Assembly: GCF_030028105.1 (NCBI RefSeq)
Contig: NC_092383.1
Location: 76,487,359 to 76,551,358, forward strand
Direction of reading: 5' to 3'
Origin: Mobula birostris
Lineage: Eukaryota
Length of the DNA: 64,000 nt
Part shown: positions 12,221 to 23,997 of the stretch, in pieces
Layout of the letters: every line of letters starts with the position of its first letter
How positions within the stretch are numbered: the first letter of the stretch is position 1
Notes under the pieces: model-generated
What the model was told of the DNA's origin: nothing
The model's database searches: none
The model's input: only the letters and a program-made list of their open reading frames with translations
Position numbers and translations under genes: made by a program

Positions 12221-13579
12221 TATAATCACACTTAGTTTTGACCCTCTATCTTCTCAATACCTATCATACACAACTTCCACATCGCCCTTTAGCCTTCTCA
12301 TTTTCTAGGTATAAATCATCCCAACTGCCAGCATTCAAGTTTGTTTTTGTAATTACAAGGTGAAAGAGCCCAGGAACATTGTACAGGCCGTGGCGTTCCC
12401 AAAGCCCTTTCACCACATGGACTACAGCAGCTCCGTAAGTTTTCAGGGATGACCACAAGTTAATTTTAAGTAACTACATTGCCACGGATGAAGAACATGG
12501 GCAGCTCATGGTGATTGACTGTGGGAGGGTGGTGGAAGAGAGTAAAGCAGAGAAGAGATAGCAAGCCATCTCTCAATTTTATACCTCCTTTGATTCTGCG
12601 TAATTCATGCTGTTTACTGTTGCCACACTGGCACAAGACCTCTGTGTAGCCTTGGACACTGGACCTTTGCAACTTTGCTAACCTCTACAACCATTGATCT
12701 CCGAAAACTTCTTGATCCCCATACTTCCTTGGATCTCTGCAACCCCCTCAATCCCAGAAGCTGCCTGCCACTCTGAAACCTGAATACAGGTAATTCCTTT
12801 TAACCATCATTAATCTTTTTGCCACAGAAGGCCTCTCACTTCCACCCATTTCCCCATCTCATCCTTGTTCGTAGAATATAGACAACAGCAAGTTTGAACT
12901 CTTTGTGTTTGATTTTATATTTTACCTAGTTGTAAATTTTGTAATTAATTTACCTGTTGTTCAAGCTCCTATGTAGATTCCACAAAATATTATTTGTAAA
13001 TTAACGGTGTGTTAATAAATAAGGAATGCCTTTGAAATCATATTATTCGTCACTGAGCAGGCTGTTCTTTTGCAGATCTCAAAGGGAATGAACCAGTATT
13101 GCAGTATTTTTTCTCGTTTCTGTCCTTTAATTTTTTTTTAACTCCTCATTTATGTTTGGGATTTTGTTCCACACATGGTAACACTTCCACTTAGACATCA
13201 TGTCAGTGTGATGCATCCCCTTGGTAGGTACAGAATGGGGTAGGAACAGAGTAAAGTTTCCTGCACGTAAATCTCCCAAACACGGTAGTGGAGTGGTTAC
13301 CTCAACACTTTGCAGTTCAGGCAATCCCAGTTCAATTCCAGTAAGGAGTTTGCACGTTTTCCCTGTGACTGCATGGGTCTCCTCATGGTGCTCCAGTTTC
13401 CTCACAGTCCAAAGATTAGTCATAGATTAATCGGTCATTGTAAATTGTCCTGTGATTAAATTGGGGGGCTGCTGGGCAGCGTGGAGCAAAGGGCCAGAAG
13501 GGCCTATTCTGCACTTTATCTCAATCAATCAATCAATAAATAAATAAATAAAACTCCCAGGGCAAATATGAGTTATATA

Positions 13580-14115
13580 CACTTAGTGGCCAGTTTATGA
13601 GGTATCTCTTACACCTAATAAGTAGCCTCTCAGTGTATGCTTGTGGTCTTCTGTTGCTGAAGCTTATCCACTTCAAGGTTTGATGTTCTATGCATTCAGA
13701 GATGATCTGAACGCCACTGTAATACATGTAATACAAGTAATACATGGTTACTTGAATTACTGTCACCTTTCCATCAGCTTCAACCAATTTGGCTATTCTC
13801 CTCTCACCTCTCTCATTAACAAGGTCTCTTTACCCACAAAACTGCCACTCACTGGATTTTTTTTTATTTTCCGCACCATTCTCTGAAAATCCCAGGGGAT
13901 CGGCAGTTTCTGAAATACTCAAACCACCCCATCTGGCACCAACAATCATTCCACAGTCAAAGTCACTTAGATCACATTTCTTCCCCATTCAGACATTTGG
14001 TCTGAACACCAACTGAACCTCTTGACCACATCTGCATGGTTTTATGTATTGAGTTGCTGCCACATGATTGGCAGATTAAATATTTATATTAACAAGCAGA
14101 TGTATGTCTATAAAG
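13580..14115 (-). mobile_element. Second copy of the Tc1-derived element
   Basis: Same TIR family. ORF 13533-13787(-), VEADGKVTVIQVT..SGVQIISECIEHQTLKWISFSNRRP, is a transposase HTH remnant. Confidence 0.75.
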
Positions 14116-14412
14116 TAAAACATTACTTATTTCATCCATTCAACAGCCCAGGAACAGATTCAGCATGGGTATGATATAGCATTTAGTTTCCTCTAGACAG
14201 CTCAATATTGAACATTGAGTTACCATCTGTAGGTCATTAGATTAAGGAAGATGCATATAAAACATGGCACCAGTAAGGAGCATAAATGTTTAAAGTGTAC
14301 CATATAACACATACATTTTTACTCATATGACTATTTTCAAATGTTATTAATAATCCTGCCCCATCACTTCTCCTCTCTGGAGAATAATTTGCCTAACTGG
14401 TGAAATGGCTAG

Positions 14413-14648
14413 TCAATAGACAATAGACAATAGGTGCAGGAGTAGGCCAATCGGCCCTTCGAGCCAGCACCGCCATTCACTGTGATCATGGCTGATCATC
14501 CACAATCAGTATCCAGTTCCTGCTTTATCCCCATAACCTTTGATTCTGCTATCTTTAAAAGCTCTATCCATCTCTTTCCTGAAATCATCCAGAGACTTGG
14601 CCTCCACAGCCTTCTGGGGCAGAGCATTCCACATATCCACCACTCTCA
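14413..14648 (-). mobile_element. CR1 3' end with (CAATAGA)n tail
   Basis: CAATAGACAATAGACAATAGGTGCAGGAGTAGGCC..CATGGCTGATC, the same 3' UTR as the 8436 copy. Confidence 0.75.
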
Positions 14649-15019
14649 ACATTGCTAATCATTATGTGACTTGAGTGAGCCCGGATCACCCAGTAATTGA
14701 TTGAAACTATGACAACCCTTGTGGTTCTTAAAGTAGAATTGTTTTTAACTTAAGCTTTCTCCACTGCTCTCTATTTTTTTGTGTGAAAATTCATTCTTTC
14801 AGTAAAGGAATCACTGGCAAGACTGATATACATTGTACACACAACTCGTGAGTTCAGCAATGAGCCTCCTATCTGCTAAGAAGTCTACAACTGCTACTGA
14901 TTCCAGCTATTAAGGAAAACCATTTAACAATGGGCCATTCAGGTAGCTCAGCCAGTTCCTTAAGGCTCTTATACCTTGGATTGATAGGAGCTAGCAAGGT
15001 TTTTATCAAGTTAGCTCAC

Positions 15020-15238
15020 TCAAAAGGCCGGAGGAACTCAGCAGGTCGGGCAGCATCTGTGGAGAGGAATGTGTAGATGTTTCAGGCCAAGATCTTTCAT
15101 CAGTTCCTCATGAAGGGTCTCAGCCCAAAATGGTGACTCTTTATTCGATTCCATGGATGAGGCCTAACCTGCTGAGCTCCTCCAGCATTTTGTGTGTGTA
15201 CTCTCTCTTGCCAGCATCTGCAAAATCTCTTCTGTTTA
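15020..15238. mobile_element. Penelope-derived inverted pair with back-to-back hammerhead remnants
   Basis: Minus strand 15076-15103 reads CTGATGA-AAGATCTTGGCCT-GAAA-CATC. Plus strand 15107-15138 reads CTCATGA-AGGGTCTCAGCCC-AAAA-TGGT-GACT. Confidence 0.75.
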
Positions 15239-16254
15239 TACATTACACACTTCCATGTTCCCTTGAGAAGGCACCAGTGAGCCTTTATTTCTTAAATACC
15301 ACAACATATTGCCATCTGAGCAACTTACTATTTCAGAGGGCAGGTGTAGCACAGGTCAGATATTAATATAAGGTTCACAGCTCTGTCCTATTAATCCCCC
15401 ACACAACAGATACAAGTTAGATGATTTTTACATGTCTTCTAAACTTGCCCATCAAGCTCTGGAGAGCAGATATAAATGCATGTCTGATACAGCATTTAGA
15501 CCCCACTATGTCACTGCAGAATGTGGACCAGACTGACAATCTGAATCATTTCCGGCAGTTATTCACGAGAATGCCAAACCACTTCAATGGTCCCTGCTCC
15601 AGTGCTGGACATTCCAGAGAGTCATGAAACAGAGCACTAACTTCCAGCAGTTTCACAACAGCTACAGTAGAAAACCGGATACCAAGCACCATCAGGAGAA
15701 ATTGGCTGCAGATCCATGGGCTCCATTCATTTCAATGGAGAGGAACAACTCTGAAAGAGAAAGTGATGTAATATCCTGAAGGTGATTTTAAGAGCCTTAA
15801 AGAATTTTGGCAGTCCTATTGTTCAATTCTCTCTGATGCTTGGATGAAGACACACATAATAAAGACTCTTCATAGAGTGAAAGCACTTTCCAGCTTCTGA
15901 ACTTAAGTGTGTTTATTTCATGTTGGCATGCACTGCAACTTGTTACTGTGATAAACAGCAAGGAGATGAAAGAAAGCTGATTAGGAGTGGTTCTGGGAGT
16001 AAGGTTCTCTGCCTTTCGGCAGATCTAGCTTATTTTTTTCCTGAGCAACGTATCTAACTGAAACCAAGTTATAATTTATTAATTCAGTGTTCTGAATTTA
16101 CATCAGTTTTATTAAGGGATCATAAAAGTCAAGACGACTGTTCTTTAGATACGACCAAGTCATGGTTGCACGTGTGGAAAGGGTAGAGCACATCTTTAAT
16201 GCAAATAACATTGCAGAAGGAAAGAAGAATCCATTTTGTTCAGATTTAGAATGT

Positions 16255-16590
16255 ATGACTTGAACTTCTCCTTCTTCCCTTACTCTCATGGTCCACTCTC
16301 TTCTCCTATCAGATTCCTTCTTCTTCAGCCCTTTACCTTTTTGACCTATCACTTCCCACCTTCTCACTTCATCTCCCCCCCCCAACCCACCTATCTTCTC
16401 CCTCACCTGGTTTCACCTATCACCTAGCTTGTACACTTTCCCCTTACCCCCACCTTCTTATTCTGGCTTCTTTCTCCTGCCTCTCCAGACCTGATGAAGT
16501 GTCTCAGCCAGAAACGTCAACTCCTCATTCCTCTCCTTTGATGCTGCCTGACCTTATGAGTTCCTCCAGCATTTTGTGTGTGTTGACTTG
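16255..16590 (+). mobile_element. Penelope-like element 3' end / pseudo-LTR
   Basis: Pyrimidine-rich tract, then hammerhead motif, then GATGCTGCCTGACC..GAGTTCCTCCAGCATTTTGTGTG tail. The same layout occurs at 38020-38200(+), 50410-50820(-) and 63420-63828(+). Confidence 0.75.
16486..16523 (+). ncRNA. Minimal type I hammerhead ribozyme motif (best-preserved core in the window; stems mutated)
   Basis: CAGAC-CTGATGA-AGTGTCTCAGCCA-GAAA-CG-TC-AACTC. The catalytic boxes CUGAUGA, GAAA and UH are intact; helices I and II carry mismatches. Confidence 0.6.
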
Positions 16591-17009
16591 ATAAAAACCT
16601 TGCTAACTCCTGTAAGTCTAAGATATAAGACCTTTAAAGGACAATCTGAACAGCGCATTGCCTTAAATGGCTTTCCTTAATACAGTAGCTGGAGTCAGTC
16701 ACAGTTGTAGACTTCTTAACAGATAGGAGTTTCTGTGCTGAACTCTAAGAGATGGTACCAATTTTAAGGTATGGGATCACACTGTCTCTGGAATCCTTGA
16801 TGCACATAGGAGATTGTTCAGAGAGAGGACACTGAATTTCACATTGGTGTTTGACACTTGCCAGGCATTAAAAATAGCAGATAGGAAAGCACAGTTTGAA
16901 ACAACACCCAGTGGGAGATCAAAGTGTTGACAAGAGAGACCCGAGTTGTTAGTCAGCCCGAGAGCAAGGAAGAGCAAACTGAATAGAGATGCCGTAGACC
17001 TTATGAAAG

Positions 17010-17150
17010 AAGCACAAAATTCTGGAGGAACTCAGCAAGTCAGGCAGCATCTGGGATAGATGGAAGATCTCAGCCCAAAACGTTGACTGTTTAGACCCTC
17101 TATAAGATGCTGCCTGACTTGCTAAATTCCTCCAGTATTTTGTACCTGTT
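17010..17150. mobile_element. Penelope-derived inverted pair nested in the old Gypsy
   Basis: CTGGAGGAACTCAGCAAGTCAGGCAGCATCT ... AGATGCTGCCTGACTTGCTAAATTCCTCCAG. Confidence 0.75.
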
Positions 17151-17650
17151 TAACAAAAAACATTATTAGGTGGAATAATATATAACATTGAATTATTGAG
17201 TGCAGAAACAAAGAATTTGTTATGATAGTGTCATCAAGGGATATTTGTCAATAGTTCACTTAAGAGCAATGATGCACTGAATCAACCATGTGGAGGGACA
17301 GTAAAAGGAAAATGATCTGGAAAGACCAGTGAATTAGTTGGATTATATAGATTGGTTACATTGTACTGTACATGTTCTACTATACATTTCCGCAGTAGGT
17401 ATACAAAGAAGGAAAATGAGTGAAACAGATTTTTGGTGCTGTTAGTGCACCTTCAGTGATGTGTGAACAGAAATTGGCCAGATGGCTCGGTGAGGCTCAG
17501 GGAGTGATCTTCATTGCTTTGTACCCACACGGGAGAAAAGATTAAGGTGATATAATGTGTGAATCTGGAGTGGGAAGCAGAAGACAGTGAAGCAAGCTTC
17601 CTGATCTTGATTGTTAAAGGTCAAGGATCAAATATGATGGGCAGGAACTC

Positions 17651-17818
17651 CACTCAGTGGCCACTTTATTAGGTACCCCCTCACCTGAATAACAACTAAA
17701 CCTTTTGACCATGTCTGTAGGCTTTTATGCGTTGGCTTGCTGCCACTTGATTGGCTGATTAGATATTTGCATTAATGAACAGGTGTACAGGTGTGACTAA
17801 TAAAGGGGTCGCTGAGTG
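17651..17818. mobile_element. Short Tc1-family MITE nested in the old Gypsy
   Basis: CACTCAGTGGCCACTTTATTAGGTAC ... CTAATAAAGGGGTCGCTGAGTG|TA. Confidence 0.7.
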
Positions 17819-17869
17819 TAGATAACAAAGATAAAGACAGATTGGAGAGAGATGAAGAATGTAACATAG

Positions 17870-18740
17870 AATTATAGATTTCTAGAACAACACATCACTG
17901 ACACAGGCCCTTTGCCCCTCAACTATTCCACACTGACCAAGGTACCCAGCTAAGAACCTGCTGTTGCCTGTTGGATCCTGATACTTCTGCGATTCAAAGG
18001 CTCTTCGGAGGTCAAGAAAGAGGCATAAAACTTGTTGCTTACAGACATTTTATTAAGTGTTGCAGGAGAAAAGAAAGAGAAGCACGGTGAGAGACAAAGA
18101 AAAGAGAAAGGCCAAAAGTAGAGTTGTCTTCTCATACTAGACCACGGCTACCAGAAATTCCATTGATAACAGTTAATCAATAAAACAGACGGATTCAAGA
18201 AAAATGTGACACCCACCACTGAAACCAAGAAGTTTCCAGAAAAACGCAGAGGCAACTGTAACCACTGGAAAACTCAATGAACAATTACATGCATATATAT
18301 CAATTCTACATCCCAATTCAACTCCGTGTTGGTACAACTCCCTATAAACCTTTCCTATCTACGTACCCGACCAAGTGTCTTTTAAGTGATGTTATTACAG
18401 TATACCTTCTTCAATCACTTCCTCAGGCAGCTTGTTCCAGATACGTTCTACACTCTGCGTGAGGGTGCCCCTCGGGCCCCTTTTAAATCTTTCCAGTGCC
18501 ATATGCCCTCTAGTATTTAATTCCCTTTCCCCAGGAAAAAGATTGTTTGCATTCAACCTTTGCATTCCTCTCATGATCACTGCTCAATCTTCTACAATCC
18601 AGTAAATAATACTCTAACTTCTCCCTATAATTCTGGTCCATCAGTCCTGGTGATACCTTCTTTCCAGCTGAATGACACCTTTCGAACAACAGAGTAACCA
18701 AAACTGTACACAGTACTCCAGGTGCAGCCTCACCAGCCTC
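17870..18740 (-). mobile_element. CR1 fragment interrupted by a ~340-bp insertion (possible solo LTR, 17969-18310)
   Basis: ORFs 18395-18580 and 18510-18701 contain CR1 motifs (RIWNKLPEEVIE; LLDCRRL). The insert begins TGTT and ends TACA, with flanks TGCC/TCCC. Confidence 0.6.
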
Positions 18741-20603
18741 TCAGGTTCAACTTTATTATTGTCATAGGCTATCATGCACGGGTATTAATGCTAGCAGTAC
18801 AGTACAAGATGAGGGAAAAGTTAATTAAAATAAGATTAAACTGATATGAATTATACATGCAATGAGGTGGTGAGAGCACAGAACAAGCTGCCAGCAGAAG
18901 TGGTGGAACAATTTCAGCATTTAAGAGAAATTTGGATTAAGTACATGGATGGGAGGGGTATGGAGGCTGATGGTTCAGGTGCAGGTCGATGGGACTAGGC
19001 AGAATAATAATTCCACATAGACTAGAAGGGCTGAAGGTCCTGTTTCTTTGCTATAGTGAAATATCGGAGAAAGACGTGTGATTGATAATTTGTTTGCTCA
19101 GTCAGGAGGAGGACAGGCCTTCACAGGCAGTACAGTAGCTTGGTGGTTAGCACAATTGTTTACAGCACTGGAGATCACCGATCATGCTTCAATTCCCATA
19201 CAGAGTTTCTACGCTCTCCCCACGACTGCGTAGATTTCCTCTGATGCTCCAGTTTCCTTCCACAATCCAAAGACGCACGCTTAGGGTTTGTAAGTTCCGG
19301 GCATACTTTGTTGGTGCCATCAATGTGGCAACTCTTGTGGGCTGCCCACCACATTCCTCACTGATTTGATTTGATGCATTTCACTGTATATTTCGATGTA
19401 CCTGACAAATAAAGCTAATCTGTGAGATCTTTAATCTTGAACATTCTTACATGTCAAGTACTTAGTGCAGAGTAAATCAAAGGTTTAAAAGAGTGCTCAA
19501 CAATTAACACTCACTTTGGATTGCTCCAATGTACAGATTCCATTTTTTCTCCAATAGCATTATCTCCAGCCCTCTTTCAAAGGATAATGGACAACACAAA
19601 CCAAGGACTGCCAGGTGTTATAGCCTTCCTGGCTGATGTTTTGGTGTCTGGAAAGGAAGAGCAAGGACATACAGACTTCCAGTAGGTGTAATTTGGTAAA
19701 TTCAAAATGCAGGAGTACGCTTGACAAACGTGCTTTTGTCACCTCAGAAGTAATCAATTTGGATTATGCCTCGGATGTTGAATGACTCCATCATTTTGAG
19801 GACCAGCTTAAAGCAGTATTGGATGCACCTCGTTCCATCAACTTGACAGACCTGAAAGCCTGGGATTTATTGACTGAAGTATATATTTCATGCAGTTTTA
19901 AACAGTGCGCCGGCTGACTGCACAAGTGAAGTACTCAGAATGGGTTGGTTCCGTGTGGATTCATCGTTCCCCCAAAAGGAACAGTAGGTATCCAGACGCA
20001 GTTGTATGAAGGACACCTATGACATCATAGCTCACATCAAGCAAATTGCCTCATCAATCAGTTGGAGGACGTCCTGAGGGAATGCTAGCAATCTGGACAG
20101 CATTACAAGAATTCAGCAGTGGCTCATTTCGGTGCTTGGATCTACCTAAGCAAACATTGATCAAGGATACATGGACCTTGAAAGTCTGTTTATGGGCTAA
20201 ACTGGCCACAATAACGGCAGATTACATTCTAAAGTTGGTAGAAGCAGGTCCTGTGGGTAGTTTCACCACACAAGTGAGCAGCACAGTAGCATAGCAGTTA
20301 GTGTCATCACTTTGCAGTGCCTGTAGACACTGATTGAGTTGCAATTCGCTTTGCTGTCTGTAAAGAGCTTGTATGTTCTTCCCATCCCCATTTCCTCCAG
20401 TTGCTCTGGTTTCTTTCCACATTCCCAAAGATGCAGAGTTAGGGATAGCGAGTTGTGGGTGTATTATGTTGGCACTGGAAGCATAGCAACACTTGCATGC
20501 TGCAAAATCCTTGCACTGTCTTGGTTGTTGACACAAAGTTACAAATCCACTGTATATTTCAATGTACATGTGACAAATAAAGCTAATCTTTATCTTCACA
20601 ATA

Positions 20604-20780
20604 GCCAGCCGGTGGTGTAGTGGCATCTGCACTGACTTCGAGGCAAGAGGTCCTAGGTTCGAATCTGACCAGCTCCTGGCACACGTTCCATCCATGCTGG
20701 GTTGGGCGTCAAGCTAGCAACTCGGCCTCGTAAAAAACACAGACAAATGGCAAGGTTGGGGCCCGTTGTGCTGCAAGGTG
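20604..20780 (+). mobile_element. tRNA-derived SINE of a second family with a well-preserved Pol III head
   Basis: A box TGGTGTAGTGG and B box GGTTCGAATCT. No clean acceptor stem. It continues into a non-tRNA body (GCTAGCAACTCGGCCTCGTAAAAAA). Confidence 0.65.
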
Positions 20781-22344
20781 TGGGAGAAACTAACCAACTT
20801 ATCAACTAACCAACTTATCCAACAAGTGATGATTTCGAAGCTGAGTGTAATCTTCACTACAGATACTCTTCTACGTTTATGGCCGTTCAGCAACCTCTCT
20901 GGTGCTGAAGTTGCCAATTTCCTCAAAAAGAATGGATTTAATGGTTTGTGCATAATTTCATATTACCCAGCCTCGCACAGTTGGGCAGAAGAAACAGTTC
21001 TGACAGTGAAATATGGATTGAATAAGATGAAAGGAGATGAAATTGAGACAAAACTTGCTTATTCTTATTCCACTACCAGAATACACCACGTATACCTACC
21101 TGCTGGGTTACTGAAGCAAGCGTAGTGTGACTGTGTGTTCTAAACCATCAAAGCAGAAGGAACAGCAAGGCACCAGAACGTGTATTACCATTTTGAAAAT
21201 GAGGTTTCTCTGATCGTACAAGTTACCACATGAAAAAGCTGGTTATTGGGTCCCACTTTTGATTGCACCAGACTGATTACATTTGTAAGACAATAAGACC
21301 ATAAAACATTACAGCAGAATTAGGCAGGCCGTTCAGCCCATCGAGTCTGCTCTGCCATTCCATCATAGCTGATTTATTATTCCTTTCAAACCCCATTCTT
21401 TTGCCTTCTCCCCGTAACCCAGAAATGCTTATTATATATCTCTTGTAGCATTGCTCTCCCTTGAATTACTTGATGCACTGAATTTTCATCAAAGCTATGG
21501 TGACTTTAAAACACAAACAAAAGAAATCCAAGTAACCCACACAATATGCTGGAGGAACTCAGTAGGCCATTCAGCATCTATGGAAGAGAGTATTGGGCTG
21601 AGGCCCTTTGGCAGGTGGCTTTAGAAGTTGTGTTGATTCTATTTTCAACCTCTCATCGTACGATGATGGCAAAAAAAAAAGTTGCACAGAGAAAACATAT
21701 ATTGTAAACACAGAACTCAGTGTGCTTTGACACCGTGTTTAATGCATTATGATGGTTGTCATTATGATGGGTAAGAGGCAGGTCATTTACAGCTGCTAAA
21801 TTAATTTAAATGTAAATTATATGAATTTAAACTAATACTATTATTTTGCATTCTTATAACTCTTTCAAACATTATTTAATTTTTTAAGTATTTTAATAAT
21901 TTGATTAAATCCCTCTAATTTTGATCACCATTGATTAGGACTCAGACCTGGGAAGTGGGTCAACCAGCTGTCAAAGTATTTTTGGGAGTGATGCTTGCAT
22001 TTTACAAGCAGGACGACCCTGTACCTTGCAAAGCCTCAATCATCAGGAATCGGCTTTGGTGTCTAAACTGGCACTCAGCAGGGACTGGTGATTCACTAGT
22101 AAGGACAAGACCAAGCCATTCTTGGTGGTCAGAAGGAGTCCTTTGGCCACAAGTTATGAACCACTTTCTATACTGCCCCACTAAATACTTCCAGGAATAA
22201 AAATGGTTTAGGAAAGTACAGAATAATTGTTCCTGCAAATCTGTTCTGTCAAATTCCCAATAGCAAGTACAATAATATCAAGTATAAAACGATGGGGTTT
22301 CCTTCCTTAAAGGACAGTAGTGAGCTGGCTTTGTATTTATGAAT

Positions 22345-23020
22345 CTACCGGTGACCCCTGTTTCCATCCAGGAGGTCAGTGTGGACATGGTGGAGGATTA
22401 TAAATACCTGGGGATACGAATTGACAATAAACTGGACTGGTCAAAGAACACTGAGGCTGTCTACAAGAAGGGTCAGAGCCATCTCTATTTCCTGAGGAGA
22501 CTGAGGTCCTTTAACATCTGCCGGAGGATGCTGAGGATGCTCTACGAGTCTGTGATGGCCAGTGTGATCATGTTTGCTGTTGTGTGATGGGGCAGCAGGC
22601 TGAGGGTAGCAGACACCAACAGAATCAACAAACTCATTCATAAGGCCAGTGATGTTGTGGGGATGGAACTGGACTCTCTGACGGTGGTGTCTGAAAAGAG
22701 GATGCTGTCCAAGTTGCATGCCATCTTGGACAATGTCTCACATCCACTACATAATGTACTGGTTGGGCACAGGAGTACATTCAGCCAGAGACTCATTCCT
22801 CCGAGATGCAACACAGAGCGTCATAGGAAGTCATTCCTGCCTCTGGCCATCAAACTTTACAACTCCTCCCTTGGAGGGTCAGACACCCTGAGCCAATAGG
22901 CTGGTCCTGGACTTATTTCCTGGCATAATTTACATATTACTATTTAATTATTTATGGTGCAACTGTAACAAAAACCAATTTCCCCCGGGATCAATAAAGT
23001 ATGACTATGACTATGACTAT
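22345..23020 (+). mobile_element. Rex1/Babar-type LINE 3' portion with (ATGACT)n tail, relatively young
   Basis: VEDYKYLGIRIDNKLDWSKNTEAVYKKGQSHLYFLRRLRSFN ... ILDNVSHPLH..PRCNTERHRKSFLPLAIKLYN, one in-frame stop, then AATAAA and a tandem-repeat tail. Confidence 0.85.
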
Positions 23021-23159
23021 AATAGTCACTGTTGCTCAGACCTGAAGGTGCTGACCTGATTGAGTAAAGTCCCAAATGTGCTGAGACCCTACAATGTCTG
23101 TAGTGCAATCTTTCAGGTTGAGTATGATGTTCTCCAAACAGGTTGTCTATTGGTGGGTC

Positions 23160-23570
23160 CTCAGGTGGCTGTAGAGGCTGGTCCGGAATCCACATAACCT
23201 GGATGTTAGGGTGGATTCCCTTAATGGAGAGCACCCGTACATGAGTTTATTTAATGTGGGGGAGGCTGATGCGTGGGCAGCTACTGCGCAGTCCTTGACA
23301 GATTGGAGTTAGAGTCCAGTGGCGTGGAGCATAGGGCAACTGGTGACCGTTCACTGCTGCTGTCTTCCTCCATCTTCATGCCATTGTGATGAGACACCAT
23401 CTTCTGACAGCTCCAGGATAGAAGTCTTCATTGGACGCTCTTTGTCTGGAACTTCACCCTTGACCTTACCACCATGGGTGACCAGGAGTTGAGCGCCAGA
23501 TGGCAAAACTCTACACTCGGGATCTCGGGAGCTCACAAGCCTCTCCACCATGACGTTGATGATCCTCCCT
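23160..23570 (-). mobile_element. RTE-related non-autonomous element (second copy ~49170-49440)
   Basis: The minus strand begins GTCATGGTGGAGAGGCTTGTGAG..GATCCCGAG..CACCCATGGTGGTAAGGTCAAGG..CCAGACAAAGAGCG, resembling RTE/BovB-type 5' ends. Two copies are present in the window. Confidence 0.55.
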
Positions 23571-23707
23571 CATTGAGGCAACAGAATACAAGAAGTAAAT
23601 CATAAACTCAAGAAGGTCTGCAGATGCTGGAAACCCAAACCAACACACACGAAATGCTGGAGGAACTCGGCAGGTCAGGCAGCATCTATGGCAATGAATA
23701 GATAGTC

Positions 23708-23997
23708 TGTCGTGATGTGCTACACACAGAGCTAGAAATAACGACACGCAGTCTGTAAGTTGCACTTGAGACTAGTTTATTCAAACTTTGCGGCACTGGC
23801 TTTTACGCAGTTCCGTTCCCGCCCTCTCTGAGCGGAAATGACATCAGAGGTGCACTACAAAAGTCTCTTCCTGTGTGCGGGCTTTCTCCCCTTGCTGGTG
23901 AAGAAGAGGGCCCAGCGCCATTTTGGGGCTGGCCGTTCTGCCGACATGTACGCCATTTTGTGAGCCAGTTTGCCTGTGTAGAAAGTGGGTCACCACA
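23708..23997 (-). repeat. 3' LTR (290 bp)
   Basis: Colinear with 27776-28065 with no indels and about 34 substitutions by manual count. The polypurine tract (minus strand GGGGGTGGGGA) is adjacent at ~24001-24011. Confidence 0.95.

Larger units (their letters stand above)
16700..21120 (+). mobile_element. Ancient, fragmented Ty3/Gypsy internal region (gag-PR-RT-IN) interrupted by nested insertions
   Basis: Manual translation gives domains in the correct order: gag-like VSGILDAHRRLFRERTLNFTLVFDTCQALKIADRKAQ (~16780-16900); protease end LCTHTGEKIKV / LIVKGQGSNMMGRN (~17520-17650); RT TINTHFGLLQ and PALFQRIMDNTNQGLPGVIAFLADVLVSG (~19500-19655); integrase FLKKNG..YYPASHSWAEETVLTVKYGLNKMKG (~20920-21035). 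Confidence 0.8.

Noticed and set aside
20606-20675. tRNA gene
   Set aside because: A and B boxes are present, but the acceptor and T stems pair poorly and the sequence runs into a SINE body.
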